This document shows, piece after piece, positions 30,498 through 39,699 of a DNA stretch of 64,000 bases. The DNA lies in the NCBI GenBank assembly GCA_030679255.1, contig JAUXTO010000042.1:44714-108713 (forward strand), in the 5' to 3' direction. The translations under genes and the position numbers were made by a program. The notes under the pieces are model-generated. The model did no database searches. It worked only from the letters and a program-made list of their open reading frames with translations, and was not told where the DNA came from. The stretch's first letter is position 1; each line of letters begins with the position of its first letter. The DNA is from Candidatus Gottesmanbacteria bacterium. GTDB lineage: Bacteria; Patescibacteriota; Microgenomatia; UBA10105; UBA927.

Positions 30498-30995
30498 CTA
30501 TCCAATACTTGTTTGCGAATAATAGAGTGATTCGATGACTTGCAGATCGGAAGTAGGTACATCAGCAGAGAGCGATTCCAATATCGTATGAGTTTCCGGA
30601 TCTTCTAATGCTATTTTCCATTTGCCTGTATCGTTATATGCGCAACTTGGTGGAAACATATGATGATGCCACAACGCACCTTTACTAATGAGTTCCTGAG
30701 CGCGCTTTGCAATGAGCATGGAAGACGGAGAAAGATTACTTTCCATAGTATTCGATTTTTTTACATCAACATTATGGAGAAGTGCCAACAGCTCTTTGCC
30801 AAGCTCCATCATGGGTTTGGAAGAGTAGGAGATATACATTGTATTATTCGTCCGATCTTCTACCACAAATCCAAATTGTGATTTTGTATTAAACCTGCAC
30901 GTTGGGGAAAATAAGTGATAATGCCAAGTGGCTCCACGAGATTGGCAGTCAAGAGCAATTTTTTTGATCGATTTTTTATCTACCTCTATGAACAT
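30498..30995 (-). CDS. Hypothetical protein with internal domain duplication
   Basis: WHYHLFSPTCRFN and WHHHMFPPSCAYN repeats. Confidence 0.7.
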   Translation of the reverse strand: MFIEVDKKSIKKIALDCQSRGATWHYHLFSPTCRFNTKSQFGFVVEDRTNNTMYISYSSKPMMELGKELLALLHNVDVKKSNTMESNLSPSSMLIAKRAQELISKGALWHHHMFPPSCAYNDTGKWKIALEDPETHTILESLSADVPTSDLQVIESLYYSQTSIG

Positions 30996-31157
30996 ATTTT
31001 CTATAGTATCATTTTTTACAAAAATAGATGGCTTGCAAACCGCAGCTCAAGCGAAAGATGGTACCCCGTGCCGAATTGCCGCGAGTACGCGGCGTTCGCC
31101 AGCAGAGGTTTATCGTGTTAGATAGCTCCAAAATGTTTTATAGGCTATAATCACGCC

Positions 31158-31499
31158 ATGCCATCTGGTGTCTGCGCCAATTGTCATAATAAGGGTTGTG
31201 AAATCAAAGATCCCGTTGTGGCCAAATGGGATCTTTCGGCAACCACTTGGCTGGAATGCGCCTTCTCTTCATGCGCCGACGGATTAAAGGCAGCCAGAGA
31301 TGCAAGAGATTCAGGACAGTACGAAGACATTTTCCTTGCTGACGGAAGCCAAATACAAGCAGCGATGTTTGGAACCGCGGAAAAGGAAACTGCAGACTAT
31401 TACCCACATCGCGGTTGCACCAAAGCAGGGATAATACTCGGCGAAACACTGGAAGGTTATAAGCCTACGGGTCAAACTCTTTATACGCGAAGCGCCTAG
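31158..31499 (+). CDS. Cys-rich hypothetical protein
   Basis: CANCHNKGC, CAFSSC, HRGC; TATAAT just upstream. Confidence 0.6.
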   Translation: MPSGVCANCHNKGCEIKDPVVAKWDLSATTWLECAFSSCADGLKAARDARDSGQYEDIFLADGSQIQAAMFGTAEKETADYYPHRGCTKAGIILGETLEGYKPTGQTLYTRSA

Positions 31500-31533
31500 T
31501 AAGGAGAAGCAGTTTTTGATAGTATATAAGGGT

Positions 31534-31605
31534 GGCCCCATCGTCTAGCGGTTAGGACAACGGGTTTTCAGCCCGTTTACACCAGTTCGAATCTGGTTGG
31601 GGCTA
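31534..31605 (+). tRNA. tRNA-Glu (anticodon TTC), CCA not encoded
   Basis: GGCCCCA/TGGGGCT acceptor, TCGTCTAGCGGTTAGGAC D-arm, ACGGG-TTTTCAG-CCCGT, ACCAG-TTCGAAT-CTGGT. Confidence 0.95.
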
Positions 31606-31651
31606 CTTAAATCGCAGCAGAATAGTTATATTTATTGGAAGGAGAAATAAT

Positions 31652-32113
31652 GTGAGCGTAAATCAATATAACTTTAGAGGTCGTCTTCAGGATGTTGCAA
31701 AGGGTACTATAACTCTAAACCAGAAACTTAGTGCCATAACTACGTTAATATCATCCGTGTTAAAGCAAGATTCAACACTTCGAATTAGATATGTAGCTGG
31801 AAGAGTTACTTCCGATGGGCAGGATTTCATCAGTCAGAATCTGATAAAACTGAATATATATACTGACAAGCTTGAAAATATGTACGGGCAATACGTATTT
31901 TCTGCAGCAGATGTTTTTCCGGACGAAACATATTGGAAAAAAAATATAACGACAAAGGAACTTAAATACATCTACATAGATTTTTGGCAGAAGATATTAA
32001 AGAACGGAATTACAGATATGTATATGTCTCCTGGATGGGAGACATCAAACGGTGCAACGTTTGAACACGAATTTGCACAAAAAAACGGAATAGAAGTTCA
32101 CTACCCTATCTAA
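31652..32113 (+). CDS. DUF4406/nucleoside deoxyribosyltransferase-like protein
   Basis: YVAG.VT...MSPGWETSNGATFEHEFA..GIEV. Confidence 0.65.
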   Translation: MSVNQYNFRGRLQDVAKGTITLNQKLSAITTLISSVLKQDSTLRIRYVAGRVTSDGQDFISQNLIKLNIYTDKLENMYGQYVFSAADVFPDETYWKKNITTKELKYIYIDFWQKILKNGITDMYMSPGWETSNGATFEHEFAQKNGIEVHYPI

Positions 32114-32136
32114 CTCTTCCCGAAGATTCCGTACAA

Positions 32137-32601
32137 TTACACCCCCCGGGGGTGTGGGTTCACGCTATACGATTCATCCGCATGTACCTTTTTTGCCTCT
32201 TCTTTAGTATACGGCGAGAAAAAGACTATAATCACGCCGTCGGGATCGCGGACGACAAATTCCAATTTCCCCCAATGGTAATGCCGGACTCCAACGACCG
32301 GCTCGATTCCGGCTTTTTTGCATATCGCCAACATTTCGGATATTGAATCGACCTGAATGAAAAGGGAAATTTTTGAGGAATTCACCGTTTCCTGAAATAC
32401 ATGCGGTTTCACGCCACGGTGTCCGTCTGCAATTTCGAGGATGGTGTTACCATATTGGAAATCAGCACCGCTATATTGTTCTTTTACTTCCTGATCCGGA
32501 CCAAACGAACTGACTTTCTTAAATCCCAATGATTCATAGAATGCAAGCGATTGCTGAAAATTTTTGACTTTAATATGGATGTTGATCGATGAAATTGCCA
32601 T
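32137..32601 (-). CDS. VOC/glyoxalase family protein
   Basis: IKVKNFQQSLAFYESLGF, WGKLEFVVRDPDG. Confidence 0.88.
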   Translation of the reverse strand: MAISSINIHIKVKNFQQSLAFYESLGFKKVSSFGPDQEVKEQYSGADFQYGNTILEIADGHRGVKPHVFQETVNSSKISLFIQVDSISEMLAICKKAGIEPVVGVRHYHWGKLEFVVRDPDGVIIVFFSPYTKEEAKKVHADESYSVNPHPRGV

Positions 32602-32722
32602 ACATTTAGTGTTTACGTCAGATTCATTGTACCATTTGGCCCGAAGGAATCAATGTATTTTGCCCCCTGATATATATTTCCAAAGTGTGGTATAGTACGG
32701 GTACTGAAAGGAGACAAAAACT

Positions 32723-32920
32723 ATGCAAGGTACAGTCAAAACAAAGACCGATAGAGGATTTGGTTTTATTACCCGCGAAGGCGAAGTAAAAGACCTTTTC
32801 TTTCATTCTAAGGACTTGGTTGGTGTGACCTATGACGAGCTTCAAGTTGGAGACGTCGTAACATTTACCGTTGAAGATGGTCCAAAAGGCCAAAGTGCGA
32901 AGAATGTAAAGAAAGTATAA
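32723..32920 (+). CDS. Cold-shock protein
   Basis: RGFGFI, DLFFHS, GPKGQSAKNV. Confidence 0.95.
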   Translation: MQGTVKTKTDRGFGFITREGEVKDLFFHSKDLVGVTYDELQVGDVVTFTVEDGPKGQSAKNVKKV

Positions 32921-32944
32921 CTTTTTTTGATTCAAAAACACATA

Positions 32945-32976
32945 AAAAGTTCCCCGCTTCGCGGGGGACTTTTTTT
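32945..32976. terminator. Bidirectional intrinsic terminator between csp and tdk
   Basis: AAAAAGTTCCCCGC-TTC-GCGGGGGACTTTTTT. Confidence 0.8.
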
Positions 32977-33559
32977 ATGCATCCCAACACGCCCTGCAGC
33001 GGGCTTCAAAGACGGCGTCGTCAAGTTTGGCGACGAATGCAGGATCCGGCTCGAGAGCATTGGCTTTGGTTTTTACGATTCCTACACGTTTGTGATACAC
33101 GGCATCAGATCCGCAAAGCATGCAGATGGCCGAGAGTTTGGTGACTTTATCTGCCATCGCCATGAGCGCCGGCACGGGGGTAAACGGCTGGCGGTCGAAG
33201 GTGAGCGCTAGTCCGGTGACGATCACCTGTTTGCCCTGCGAGAGGAGCGTTTCTACAACAGCGATTAATCCCTCGCCCATGTGTTGGGCCTCATCGATGC
33301 CGACGATATCCGTATCCTTAGTCACCAACGTAAGGATGTCTTTGGCAGATTTGATCATTTCACTGTCAAACGTCAGCCCCGCATGAGAGTAGAGCTTTTT
33401 TGCGCGACCGTAGCGTATATCGATATCCGGCTTGAACACCTGTACTTTTTTCTTGCCTATGGTCGCCCGTTTGACCTGGCGGATGAGCTCCTCAGTCTTG
33501 CCGCAATACATGGGTCCGGCGATGACTTCCAAATAACCGAGTTTAGTTTTCATGTTCAT
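32975..33559 (-). CDS. tdk: Thymidine kinase
   Basis: GPMYCGKTEEL, IDEAQ, ICMLC, ARCRAC. Confidence 0.93.
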   Translation of the reverse strand: MNMKTKLGYLEVIAGPMYCGKTEELIRQVKRATIGKKKVQVFKPDIDIRYGRAKKLYSHAGLTFDSEMIKSAKDILTLVTKDTDIVGIDEAQHMGEGLIAVVETLLSQGKQVIVTGLALTFDRQPFTPVPALMAMADKVTKLSAICMLCGSDAVYHKRVGIVKTKANALEPDPAFVAKLDDAVFEARCRACWDA

Positions 33560-33602
33560 ATTCTACGCCCCCATTTTTCATAAATGAAGAAGGAAAAAGC
33601 CT

Positions 33603-33636
33603 ATCACAAAATTATGCACGTGCATAATTTTGTGAT
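33603..33636. repeat. Perfect 34-bp palindrome
   Basis: ATCACAAAATTATGCAC|GTGCATAATTTTGTGAT. Confidence 0.85.
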
Positions 33637-33853
33637 GATATGGTTTGATGGGATTGACGCGACAGGCATTCGGGTATATTTTTAATAGTGATAGATTAAT
33701 TTAGATACGAAAGGTTCATATGCCAGGTAGTAGATTTTCGATATTTTTCGATATGAAAAATGTTAATTTTGTTAAAAATACCTTACTAACAATACAAAAC
33801 ATAGTTATCTGAGTTTATGCATCATTGCATAAATCGAAAATTCACTACCTGGT

Positions 33854-34108
33854 ATGGCGGAAACTATCGATGAACAGGTTTCGGTAAATTTATTATTTAA
33901 CCATATTAAGCGGTCGGCTGCTCCGACGTCTCTTTACTGGCGGGGGCGGCGGTATACGATCACGAGCGTCGGACTGCATCACACCACGCGGGAAGGGCGG
34001 ACGCTCCTCCATATTTTTTCCGTAACGGACGGAACAACGGCTTTTAAGCTGGAGCTTAATTCAGAAACGCTTGGGTGGAGGCTATTGGAGATAGACGCTC
34101 AAGCATAA
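33854..34108 (+). CDS. DUF6504-like small protein preceding Y-family polymerase
   Basis: PTSLYWRGRRYTI...IFSV...FKLEL...WRL. Confidence 0.7.
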   Translation: MAETIDEQVSVNLLFNHIKRSAAPTSLYWRGRRYTITSVGLHHTTREGRTLLHIFSVTDGTTAFKLELNSETLGWRLLEIDAQA

Positions 34109-34243
34109 GCACCAAATTCCAATATTCAAGCATCAAATAAATCACAAGCATCAAATGAAAATAAACAAGAAGTAATTCGTGTTGTTTATATATTAGTACT
34201 TGTGTTCGTTTGTTTGGTGCTTGGCACTTGATGCTTGGAATTT
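34107..34243. repeat. Intergenic heptamer-based inverted-repeat element (copy 1)
   Basis: AAGCACCAAA/AAGCATCAAA units followed by their reverse complements; related copies at 39579-39699 and 47803-47947. Confidence 0.75.
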
Positions 34244-34244
34244 C

Positions 34245-35594
34245 ATGAATACATTTAGTCTTTTCCCTCCTACTATCATGCACGTCGATCTCAATTCGTG
34301 TTTTGCCAGTGTGGAGCAGCAGGCAAACCCGTTACTTCGGGGAAAACCAATTGTCGTAGCCGCCTACACGACCGACAGAGGGTGTATTTTAGCAGCGTCT
34401 GTAGAAGCCAAACGCCTGGGCATCAAAACCGGCATGCGGGTGGGGGAAGGGAAAGCATTGTACCCGCGTCTCGTCGTCCTTGCACCGGATCCGGAAAAGT
34501 ACCGGTGGGTCAATAGGAAGCTCTTCGCGCTTCTTTCCTCCTACACGCCGCATATTTCGGTCGAATCCATTGATGAGATGGTGATGGATTTACGCGACAC
34601 TCCAGCGTTAGAGCGTCACATCAAAGGATTGACAGGGTCTCGCCCTGTCAATAAACAGGGCGAGACCCCTACAAGCCAACACATTGACGCTATGATTTGT
34701 ATTGGTAAAAATATCAAGAAGCGCATCAAGGATGAGATTGGCGAGTGGCTCACGGTCTCGATCGGCATTGCGCCCAATCGATATCTGGCCAAAGTCGCCT
34801 CAGGGCTCCATAAGCCCAATGGACTGGATATCATCACCCAAGAAAACATTGAGGAGATCTTTACCGGACTTCGGCTTGAGGATTTATGCGGTATCAAGGA
34901 AGGCAACGCAGGGAGACTTCGGATGGCCGGCATCAATACGCCGGTTGAGTTTACCCGCGCTTCGGCAGCAGCACTGGTTGCCGCACTTCACAGTAAAACA
35001 GGTTTGAGTTGGTGGCAGCGGCTCCATGGGTATGAAGATGGGGTCATGTATAAAAATTTTAATCAATCAGAAGATATTCAGAAAACTTTCGGGCAATCAT
35101 TTGCTCTGGGTACCCCGCGCGTGCCGAGCGATCCACAGACAGCAAAAATTATGGCTCAGCTCATCGTCAAGATGGGCCGGCGGCTTCGCGGTGCGGGCTT
35201 TGTGGCTCAGGCGTTGAGCGTGTCATTTTTATTTTCCGATTATTCTCATTGGGTGAAGAATATACGGACAACGGAGCCTCTGTTTGCCGATAGTGATTTT
35301 TTAGCGCATGCCGGTAAACTTTTAGTGATGGCGCCACATAAACCCGTGAGAATTCTTGCCGTGACCAGCTTTCATTTGAGCGCGCGCGGATCGGGGCAAA
35401 TAGGACTATGGAATACCGATGAGACGAAATGGAAAATTACTGATGCTCTGGATGCCATTGCCAATCGGTGGGGTGAGTTTGCGGTTACGCCGGGCCGCAT
35501 GTTGGGGATGGAACCCGCTTCGACTCGCGAGTCAGGGCGAGTTCAGCGAGGCGAGCAGAAGGTGCAGGACAGGATAGCGTTCGGGAAAGTATAA
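34245..35594 (+). CDS. dinB: DNA polymerase IV (Y family)
   Basis: HVDLNSCFASVEQ, SIDE, SIGIAPNRYLAKVAS; likely start ATG 34245. Confidence 0.92.
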   Translation: MNTFSLFPPTIMHVDLNSCFASVEQQANPLLRGKPIVVAAYTTDRGCILAASVEAKRLGIKTGMRVGEGKALYPRLVVLAPDPEKYRWVNRKLFALLSSYTPHISVESIDEMVMDLRDTPALERHIKGLTGSRPVNKQGETPTSQHIDAMICIGKNIKKRIKDEIGEWLTVSIGIAPNRYLAKVASGLHKPNGLDIITQENIEEIFTGLRLEDLCGIKEGNAGRLRMAGINTPVEFTRASAAALVAALHSKTGLSWWQRLHGYEDGVMYKNFNQSEDIQKTFGQSFALGTPRVPSDPQTAKIMAQLIVKMGRRLRGAGFVAQALSVSFLFSDYSHWVKNIRTTEPLFADSDFLAHAGKLLVMAPHKPVRILAVTSFHLSARGSGQIGLWNTDETKWKITDALDAIANRWGEFAVTPGRMLGMEPASTRESGRVQRGEQKVQDRIAFGKV

Positions 35595-35660
35595 AAATTA
35601 TAAAAATTTAGTTCTTGACGAATGAATACTCGGTAGGGTAGTGTAGAGATACAATTTAAT

Positions 35661-35822
35661 ATATCCAGAGTGACGGGCTAAACGGAGAACTCACTTCATA
35701 GCCGTCCAGCAACCGACCCCGAGCTTGTCGAAGGTCACGGTGCTCCCATGAGCCCCCGCAATAGGCGGGGAATGATAGGCCCCATAGGGAAACAAAAAAC
35801 TCTCCTTAGGGAGAGTTTTTTC
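35661..35822 (+). promoter_or_regulatory. SAM riboswitch (SAM-I/IV clan) with terminator
   Basis: ATCCAGAG...CAGCAACC...ACGGTGCT core upstream of metK; terminator AAAAAACTCTCC/GGAGAGTTTTTT. Confidence 0.8.
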
Positions 35823-35855
35823 GTATTGAAATGTGTTTTTTATGAAAGGAGTACT

Positions 35856-36959
35856 ATGAAAACTTTTTTTACCTCTGAGTCGGTGGCTTCGGGCCATCCT
35901 GATAAAATTTGTGATCAGATATCCGATGCGATTGTAGACGCAGCGATAACCGTTGATCCCCAGTCACGCGTCGCGGTAGAAACGCTCGTGACCACCAATC
36001 GGATTGTTTTAGCGGGAGAAGTCACCTGTTCCAAGCGGTTGCCGTATGAATCGATTGCTCGTCGCGTCATCCATTCACTTGGGTACACTACTGGTATCTA
36101 TAATTTTTCGCATCATTCGCCGATGTCTATCTATATCCATGAGCAATCTCCGGATATTGCCCAAGGGGTTGACACCGGCGGCGCGGGTGATCAGGGCATG
36201 ATGTTTGGCTATGCATGCCGGGAAACGCCGGAGCTTATGCCGCTGCCTATTATCCTCGCTCATCGACTCGTTGAACGTATGGACGAGGCGCGTGAAAATA
36301 AGACCTTGGCGTTTTTGCGTCCTGATGGAAAAAGTGAAGTAAAAGTTGCCTATGAAAAAGGTAAACCTATTAGCGTCGAGCATGTGGTGTTAGCCGTCCC
36401 GCACGATCCCAAAGTGACAAACGAGGAGGTTAAGGGCATGTTGATCGCTCAGGTGATCAAGCCCGTGATGAAACAATATGGACTGGCGATGCTGAAGGAA
36501 AAAGATGTCATCGTCAATGGCACCGGTAAGTGGGAAATAGGCGGTCCGGCTTCCGATACCGGAGTCACGGGAAGGAAAATAATTGTTGATACATACGGGG
36601 CCTATGCGCGCCACGGTGGTGGATGTTTTTCCGGGAAAGATCCGACGAAGGTTGACCGGAGCGCGGCGTACGCGTGCCGGTACATCGCCAAAAATGTCGT
36701 TGCGGCGGGCCTTTCTGACCGCGCGGAAGTGCGGGTGGCATACGTGATCGGGCATCGGGAACCGATCGCCAAATCCGTCGAATGCTTTGGGACAGAGAAA
36801 AAATCCATCAAGGCTGTGGAGCAATTTGCCTGGAAGCTTTTGGATTTGTCCGTTCCCGGAATCCTAGAAGGACTATCTCTGCGGCAGCCGATTTACCAGA
36901 AGACCGCCCGCTACGGCCATTTCGGACGGGATGGATTTCCATGGGAAGTAGTACTGTAG
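35856..36959 (+). CDS. metK: S-adenosylmethionine synthetase
   Basis: FTSESV..GHPDKICDQISD, GAGDQG, GRKIIVDTYG, SGKDPTKVDRS. Confidence 0.97.
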   Translation: MKTFFTSESVASGHPDKICDQISDAIVDAAITVDPQSRVAVETLVTTNRIVLAGEVTCSKRLPYESIARRVIHSLGYTTGIYNFSHHSPMSIYIHEQSPDIAQGVDTGGAGDQGMMFGYACRETPELMPLPIILAHRLVERMDEARENKTLAFLRPDGKSEVKVAYEKGKPISVEHVVLAVPHDPKVTNEEVKGMLIAQVIKPVMKQYGLAMLKEKDVIVNGTGKWEIGGPASDTGVTGRKIIVDTYGAYARHGGGCFSGKDPTKVDRSAAYACRYIAKNVVAAGLSDRAEVRVAYVIGHREPIAKSVECFGTEKKSIKAVEQFAWKLLDLSVPGILEGLSLRQPIYQKTARYGHFGRDGFPWEVVL

Positions 36960-37049
36960 GAAAAAAGTATAATACTACATAGTACTGTACTTTTGCATAA
37001 TCAGCAGTAAGCTGGAGTTATTGCGCGGCATTCTATACAATAGCAATCA

Positions 37050-38306
37050 ATGACTGATTATCGGCCATTGGCAGAGATTTTGCGGCCCAAAACTCTCGAT
37101 GAGGTCGTTGGGCAGGATCATTTAGTGGGAGCGTCTGGAATCATCCGGAAAATGTTGGGGAGCACCTTCCTCCCTTCCATGATTTTCTGGGGGCCGCCGG
37201 GTTCGGGAAAAACGAGTCTTGCATTTCTTTTGGCAACATTGTCCAACGCACATTTTGTCGCCAAATCCGCGGTAACGTCTTCTCTTGCCGAAGTCCGTAC
37301 CATTGTCAAAGAAGCTCAAGCGCTTTTGGATTCATCGGGACAGAGGACGGTTTTTTTCCTCGACGAGATTCACCGGTTTAACAAGGCACAACAGGATGCG
37401 CTTCTTCCCCACGTCGAACATGGCACGGTCATCTTCATCGGGGCAACGACCGAGAACCCTTCGTTTGAAGTCATATCGCCTCTCCTTTCGCGTTGCCGCG
37501 TCCTCGTTCTCAAGCCTCTTGAAGACAAGGATTTAAACGCGATTATAGATCGGGGGTTGTCATACCTGAAAAGAAAATTAGATGATGATGCCCGCACGTT
37601 CCTTAAGGAAGTTGCCAATGGTGACGGGCGAGCATTATTAACCATTTTAGAAATTTCAGCCCGTTTGACTGATTCAAAAATTACCCGAAATAAGTCAGGC
37701 ACGATACCGGCCCGCCTGCCGGCGAGGCAGGGAATCAAACGATCAAACAGTATCAGTGCTTCGGATATCGAGGAGGCGGCACAGAAGAAGATGTTGCAAT
37801 ATGATCAGACTGGCGAGGAACACTACAACACGATCAGCGCGTTTATCAAATCCATGCGGGCAAGCGATATAGACGCGGCACTTTATTACTTGGCGCGTAT
37901 GGTCGCAGCCGGCGAGGATCCGCTTTTTATTGCCCGCCGCATGGTGATATTTGCTTCCGAAGATATTGGACTAGCTCAACCTACCGCCTTGGTCGTTGCC
38001 AACGCAGTCTTTGACGGCTGTCATAAGGTCGGCTATCCGGAGGCGCAGATACTGCTCGCCCACGGCGTGAGTTACTTGGCTCAGGCCAAGAAGGACCGGA
38101 GCGCCTACGACGCTTTTTTTGCCGCTCTTAGTGATGTCAAACAATTCGGCAATCTTCCGATTCCGCTCATGATCCGCAACGCACCCACGAAACTTATGAA
38201 AGATTTGAATTATGGGAAGGGATATCAAAAGTATACGACAGAAAGCTTGCTACCGGAGAAACTGAAAGGAAAAAAGTATTACAATAGGACTGGGTCGTCC
38301 GCCTGA
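37050..38306 (+). CDS. rarA: Replication-associated recombination protein A (MgsA/RarA)
   Basis: PLAEILRP, WGPPGSGKT, DEIHRFNKAQQD, ISAFIKSMR. Confidence 0.95.
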   Translation: MTDYRPLAEILRPKTLDEVVGQDHLVGASGIIRKMLGSTFLPSMIFWGPPGSGKTSLAFLLATLSNAHFVAKSAVTSSLAEVRTIVKEAQALLDSSGQRTVFFLDEIHRFNKAQQDALLPHVEHGTVIFIGATTENPSFEVISPLLSRCRVLVLKPLEDKDLNAIIDRGLSYLKRKLDDDARTFLKEVANGDGRALLTILEISARLTDSKITRNKSGTIPARLPARQGIKRSNSISASDIEEAAQKKMLQYDQTGEEHYNTISAFIKSMRASDIDAALYYLARMVAAGEDPLFIARRMVIFASEDIGLAQPTALVVANAVFDGCHKVGYPEAQILLAHGVSYLAQAKKDRSAYDAFFAALSDVKQFGNLPIPLMIRNAPTKLMKDLNYGKGYQKYTTESLLPEKLKGKKYYNRTGSSA

Positions 38307-38426
38307 CCTTACTTCTCGCCTTTTCAATTCTATTCGAATACGGCTCGAAGAGCGGTCTTAGGCGGATGTAAGAAACACTAAGCCTCGAAATCTCGGCAAG
38401 TGTTTCTAACAGGAGGTGAATGAGCT

Positions 38427-38681
38427 ATGGATATTCAAATCGGGAAAGTGACACATTATTATGACAAAATATTTGTCGCAGTGATTACGGTCATGAACCA
38501 GCCGCTTAAAGTCGGCGATACCGTGAAAGTATCGGGGCATGATAATGAGTTTACCCAGAAGATTACGTCCCTGCAGATAGAACACGATCAGGTACCAAGT
38601 GTCGCCGTTGGGGAGACCTGCGGCATGAAAGTAGACCAACCGGTCAAGGCTGGGGACGTGTTATACTTGATGGGTTCATGA
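38427..38681 (+). CDS. Small beta-barrel protein (EF-Tu domain II/U32 C-terminal-like)
   Basis: IGKVTHYYDKI.VA..LKVGDTV..SLQIEH..CGMKV. Confidence 0.75.
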   Translation: MDIQIGKVTHYYDKIFVAVITVMNQPLKVGDTVKVSGHDNEFTQKITSLQIEHDQVPSVAVGETCGMKVDQPVKAGDVLYLMGS

Positions 38682-39151
38682 AAATAGCATTATCAGCCGG
38701 CGGGGTCATCATATGCTCTGATCATAATGAATGGTATGTCCTTATGTTAAAGGACATGAATGGCGCCTGGACGTTTCCGAAAGGGATGATCGAAATTGGG
38801 GAAACGCCTCAAGAGGCAGCAGTACGGGAAATTCATGAAGAAACCGGTATTTCCGGTATTACATTGCTTCATCCGCTTCCTCCTATACACTATTTTTATA
38901 AGCGTAACGGGACGGTCAAAAAAATGGTACACTATTTTATTTTTCAGTCGAAAACCCGCGTCATCCCTCACGTACAGAAAGAAGAAGGAATTCAGGAAGC
39001 CAAGTGGGTGGGTATTGAAGACGCGATTGCTACCATTGGCTACCGGGAAACAAATGTGCAGTTGTTAGAAGAGACGAGAAAGAAGATTACGACAATGGAC
39101 AATAAACAGAAAACAGGAAGCAGTAAAGAGGAAAAACTAAATAACAGATAA
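38678..39151 (+). CDS. NUDIX hydrolase (Ap4A hydrolase-like)
   Basis: SAGG, WTFPKG..E.GE...AAVREIHEETG. Confidence 0.9.
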   Translation: MKIALSAGGVIICSDHNEWYVLMLKDMNGAWTFPKGMIEIGETPQEAAVREIHEETGISGITLLHPLPPIHYFYKRNGTVKKMVHYFIFQSKTRVIPHVQKEEGIQEAKWVGIEDAIATIGYRETNVQLLEETRKKITTMDNKQKTGSSKEEKLNNR

Positions 39152-39173
39152 TGATAATTGAGAATATATTTCT

Positions 39174-39653
39174 ATGGAAGTAGAAAATGCCCCCGATGTC
39201 ACCAAAATTATGCGTCAGATTCTCAAGCGGACACCGTTTGAGCATGTGAAAGCAGATCAGATAACCTGTATGCGCAGTACCGGTGCCACAAGCCGGGCCT
39301 ACGCACGCATATGGAGTTTTCCCAAAATTTGGCAGAAAGCACTCGCGCACCCTCCTCATTACATCATTGAAGTTCTTGCGCATCACTTTGACAAACTCAG
39401 GGATGACGATAAAATCCGCACGATCATCCATGAGCTCATGCACATTCCGAAGAATTTTTCCGGAGCATTGGTTCCCCATCATGGGAGATACCATCGGATA
39501 GACAGAAGGACGGTAGAGAAATTGTTTCAAGTGTACGGTGTAAATTCTCAGCCAAAGGCTGATCAGCCTTTGGCTGACAAATCACAAGCTTCAAGCACCA
39601 AGCAAACGACGAAAACACCAATAAATAAAATCCGAAACTTTCTTAATTTGTAA
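39174..39653 (+). CDS. Putative metallopeptidase
   Basis: AYARIW, IIHELMHIP (HExxH); C-terminus encoded by repeats. Confidence 0.8.
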   Translation: MEVENAPDVTKIMRQILKRTPFEHVKADQITCMRSTGATSRAYARIWSFPKIWQKALAHPPHYIIEVLAHHFDKLRDDDKIRTIIHELMHIPKNFSGALVPHHGRYHRIDRRTVEKLFQVYGVNSQPKADQPLADKSQASSTKQTTKTPINKIRNFLNL

Positions 39654-39699
39654 TTCGTTTAGAATTTGTTTGGAATTTGGTACTTGTTGCTTGGAATTT
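39548..39699. repeat. 30-bp perfect palindrome followed by heptamer element (copy 2)
   Basis: TCAGCCAAAGGCTGA|TCAGCCTTTGGCTGA at 39548-77, then AAGCACCAAG...TTGGAATTT units. Confidence 0.75.

Noticed and set aside
31040-31110. Possible tRNA fragment or att remnant (GGGGTACCA on the minus strand plus a hairpin)
   Set aside because: No cloverleaf can be built and no partner repeat was found
34107-34243. Short-repeat arrays as CRISPR arrays or DGR repeats
   Set aside because: Units are 7-9 nt, degenerate and lack spacers; no reverse transcriptase or template/variable repeat pair was seen
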